64,000 nt of DNA, taken from an uncultured Actinomycetota bacterium (lineage in GTDB: Bacteria; Actinomycetota; Actinomycetes; Actinomycetales; Microbacteriaceae). The notes beneath the pieces were generated by a model, which saw only the letters and a program-made list of their open reading frames with translations, was not told where the DNA came from and did not search any database. Positions 63,383 to 64,000 of this stretch are shown here, piece after piece; the first letter of the stretch is position 1; each line of letters opens with the position of its first letter. Made by a program: the position numbers and the translations under genes. The stretch covers positions 75 to 64,074 of the forward strand of contig CAWADY010000013.1 in NCBI GenBank assembly GCA_963781135.1, written 5' to 3'.

Positions 63383-64000
63383 TCAGGTCAGCGACTCGCG
63401 CCGCCACAGCGCCGCGCAGGCAGTGAGGTCGGACGCGTAGTCCGCGAGCCGCAGCGCGCGGGTCGTGAGCGCCGAGGCGCGGTCGGGCTCTGTCGCCTCG
63501 TAGTCATCGGCGAGATGACTGGCACCCGATGCCTCCACGCGACAGAAGGCGGCTGCACGGTCGAGCGCAACCGCGAAATCACCCTGGAAGAGCCCGCGCA
63601 GAATCGTGTCGACGAGGTCGACCAGCTCGTCCGGTCCGGCGGGGGTCGGCGCGCCGGCGACGACGGGGTCTGCTGAGGCGATCTCGACTCTGCCGCGCTC
63701 GTACAGCAGCGCAGCGGTGTGCGGATCGTCGTGGATCATGAGCTGGATCAGGTACAGCCGCCACAGTGTCCCCGGCAGCGATCGGGACGGAGAACGCGAC
63801 CAGAGTTCAGCGATGTCGTCGATTCCGTGCTCGGCAGTGAAGGCGACCAGCCGTTCGACGACCTCGCCATCCGGGTCCTCCCGAGCGCGAGCGAGCAGAG
63901 CGTGTGCGGTCGAGTGGGCGACACGCGAGACTTCGGCGGGATCTTCCGCCGCGAAGCGCCGGTCGAAGAGCTCGGCGGGCCGGCGGACAGGTTTGTGGAA
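63383..64000 (-). CDS. Conserved actinobacterial hypothetical protein (5' end outside the window)
   Basis: Open frame FHKPVRRP...EDPAEVSRVAH...IAELWSRSPSRSLPGTLWRLY...GDFAVALDRAAAFCR. Confidence 0.85.
   Translation of the reverse strand, partial: FHKPVRRPAELFDRRFAAEDPAEVSRVAHSTAHALLARAREDPDGEVVERLVAFTAEHGIDDIAELWSRSPSRSLPGTLWRLYLIQLMIHDDPHTAALLYERGRVEIASADPVVAGAPTPAGPDELVDLVDTILRGLFQGDFAVALDRAAAFCRVEASGASHLADDYEATEPDRASALTTRALRLADYASDLTACAALWRRESLT

Overview
High-GC actinobacterial chromosome segment. Gene content and order are typical of Microbacteriaceae, most likely Microbacterium. It is mostly core genome: imuA-imuB-dnaE2 with a LexA box, pecS/pecM-like pair, HNH and M23 genes, ideR, serC, XPB helicase pair, an OmpR-family two-component system, a lone WXG100 gene, groEL with two CIRCE sites, cspA, msrB, tRNA-Thr(TGT), msiK, cysS-rlmB, ispDF, carD, glnR, and a phosphate cluster (senX3-regX3, phoU, ppk1-mutT1, pstSCAB with a PHO box). 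No transposase, integrase, prophage or CRISPR array was seen. About ten single-base frameshifts, most in short homopolymers, look like sequencing errors. The best unexplained signals are: (1) an unannotated ~82-nt structured RNA candidate at 63279-63360 with its own -10 box, a perfect 12-bp closing stem and a 3' ACCA end; (2) a leader ORF plus intrinsic terminator ahead of the HNH nuclease; (3) a small TetR regulon at 18.9-21.4 kb with five copies of one operator, covering three His-containing 4-TM proteins and an SRPBCC protein; (4) two microproteins missing from the ORF track; (5) a frequent GGATGC/GCATCC motif. All counts and alignments were done by eye and no database search was run.
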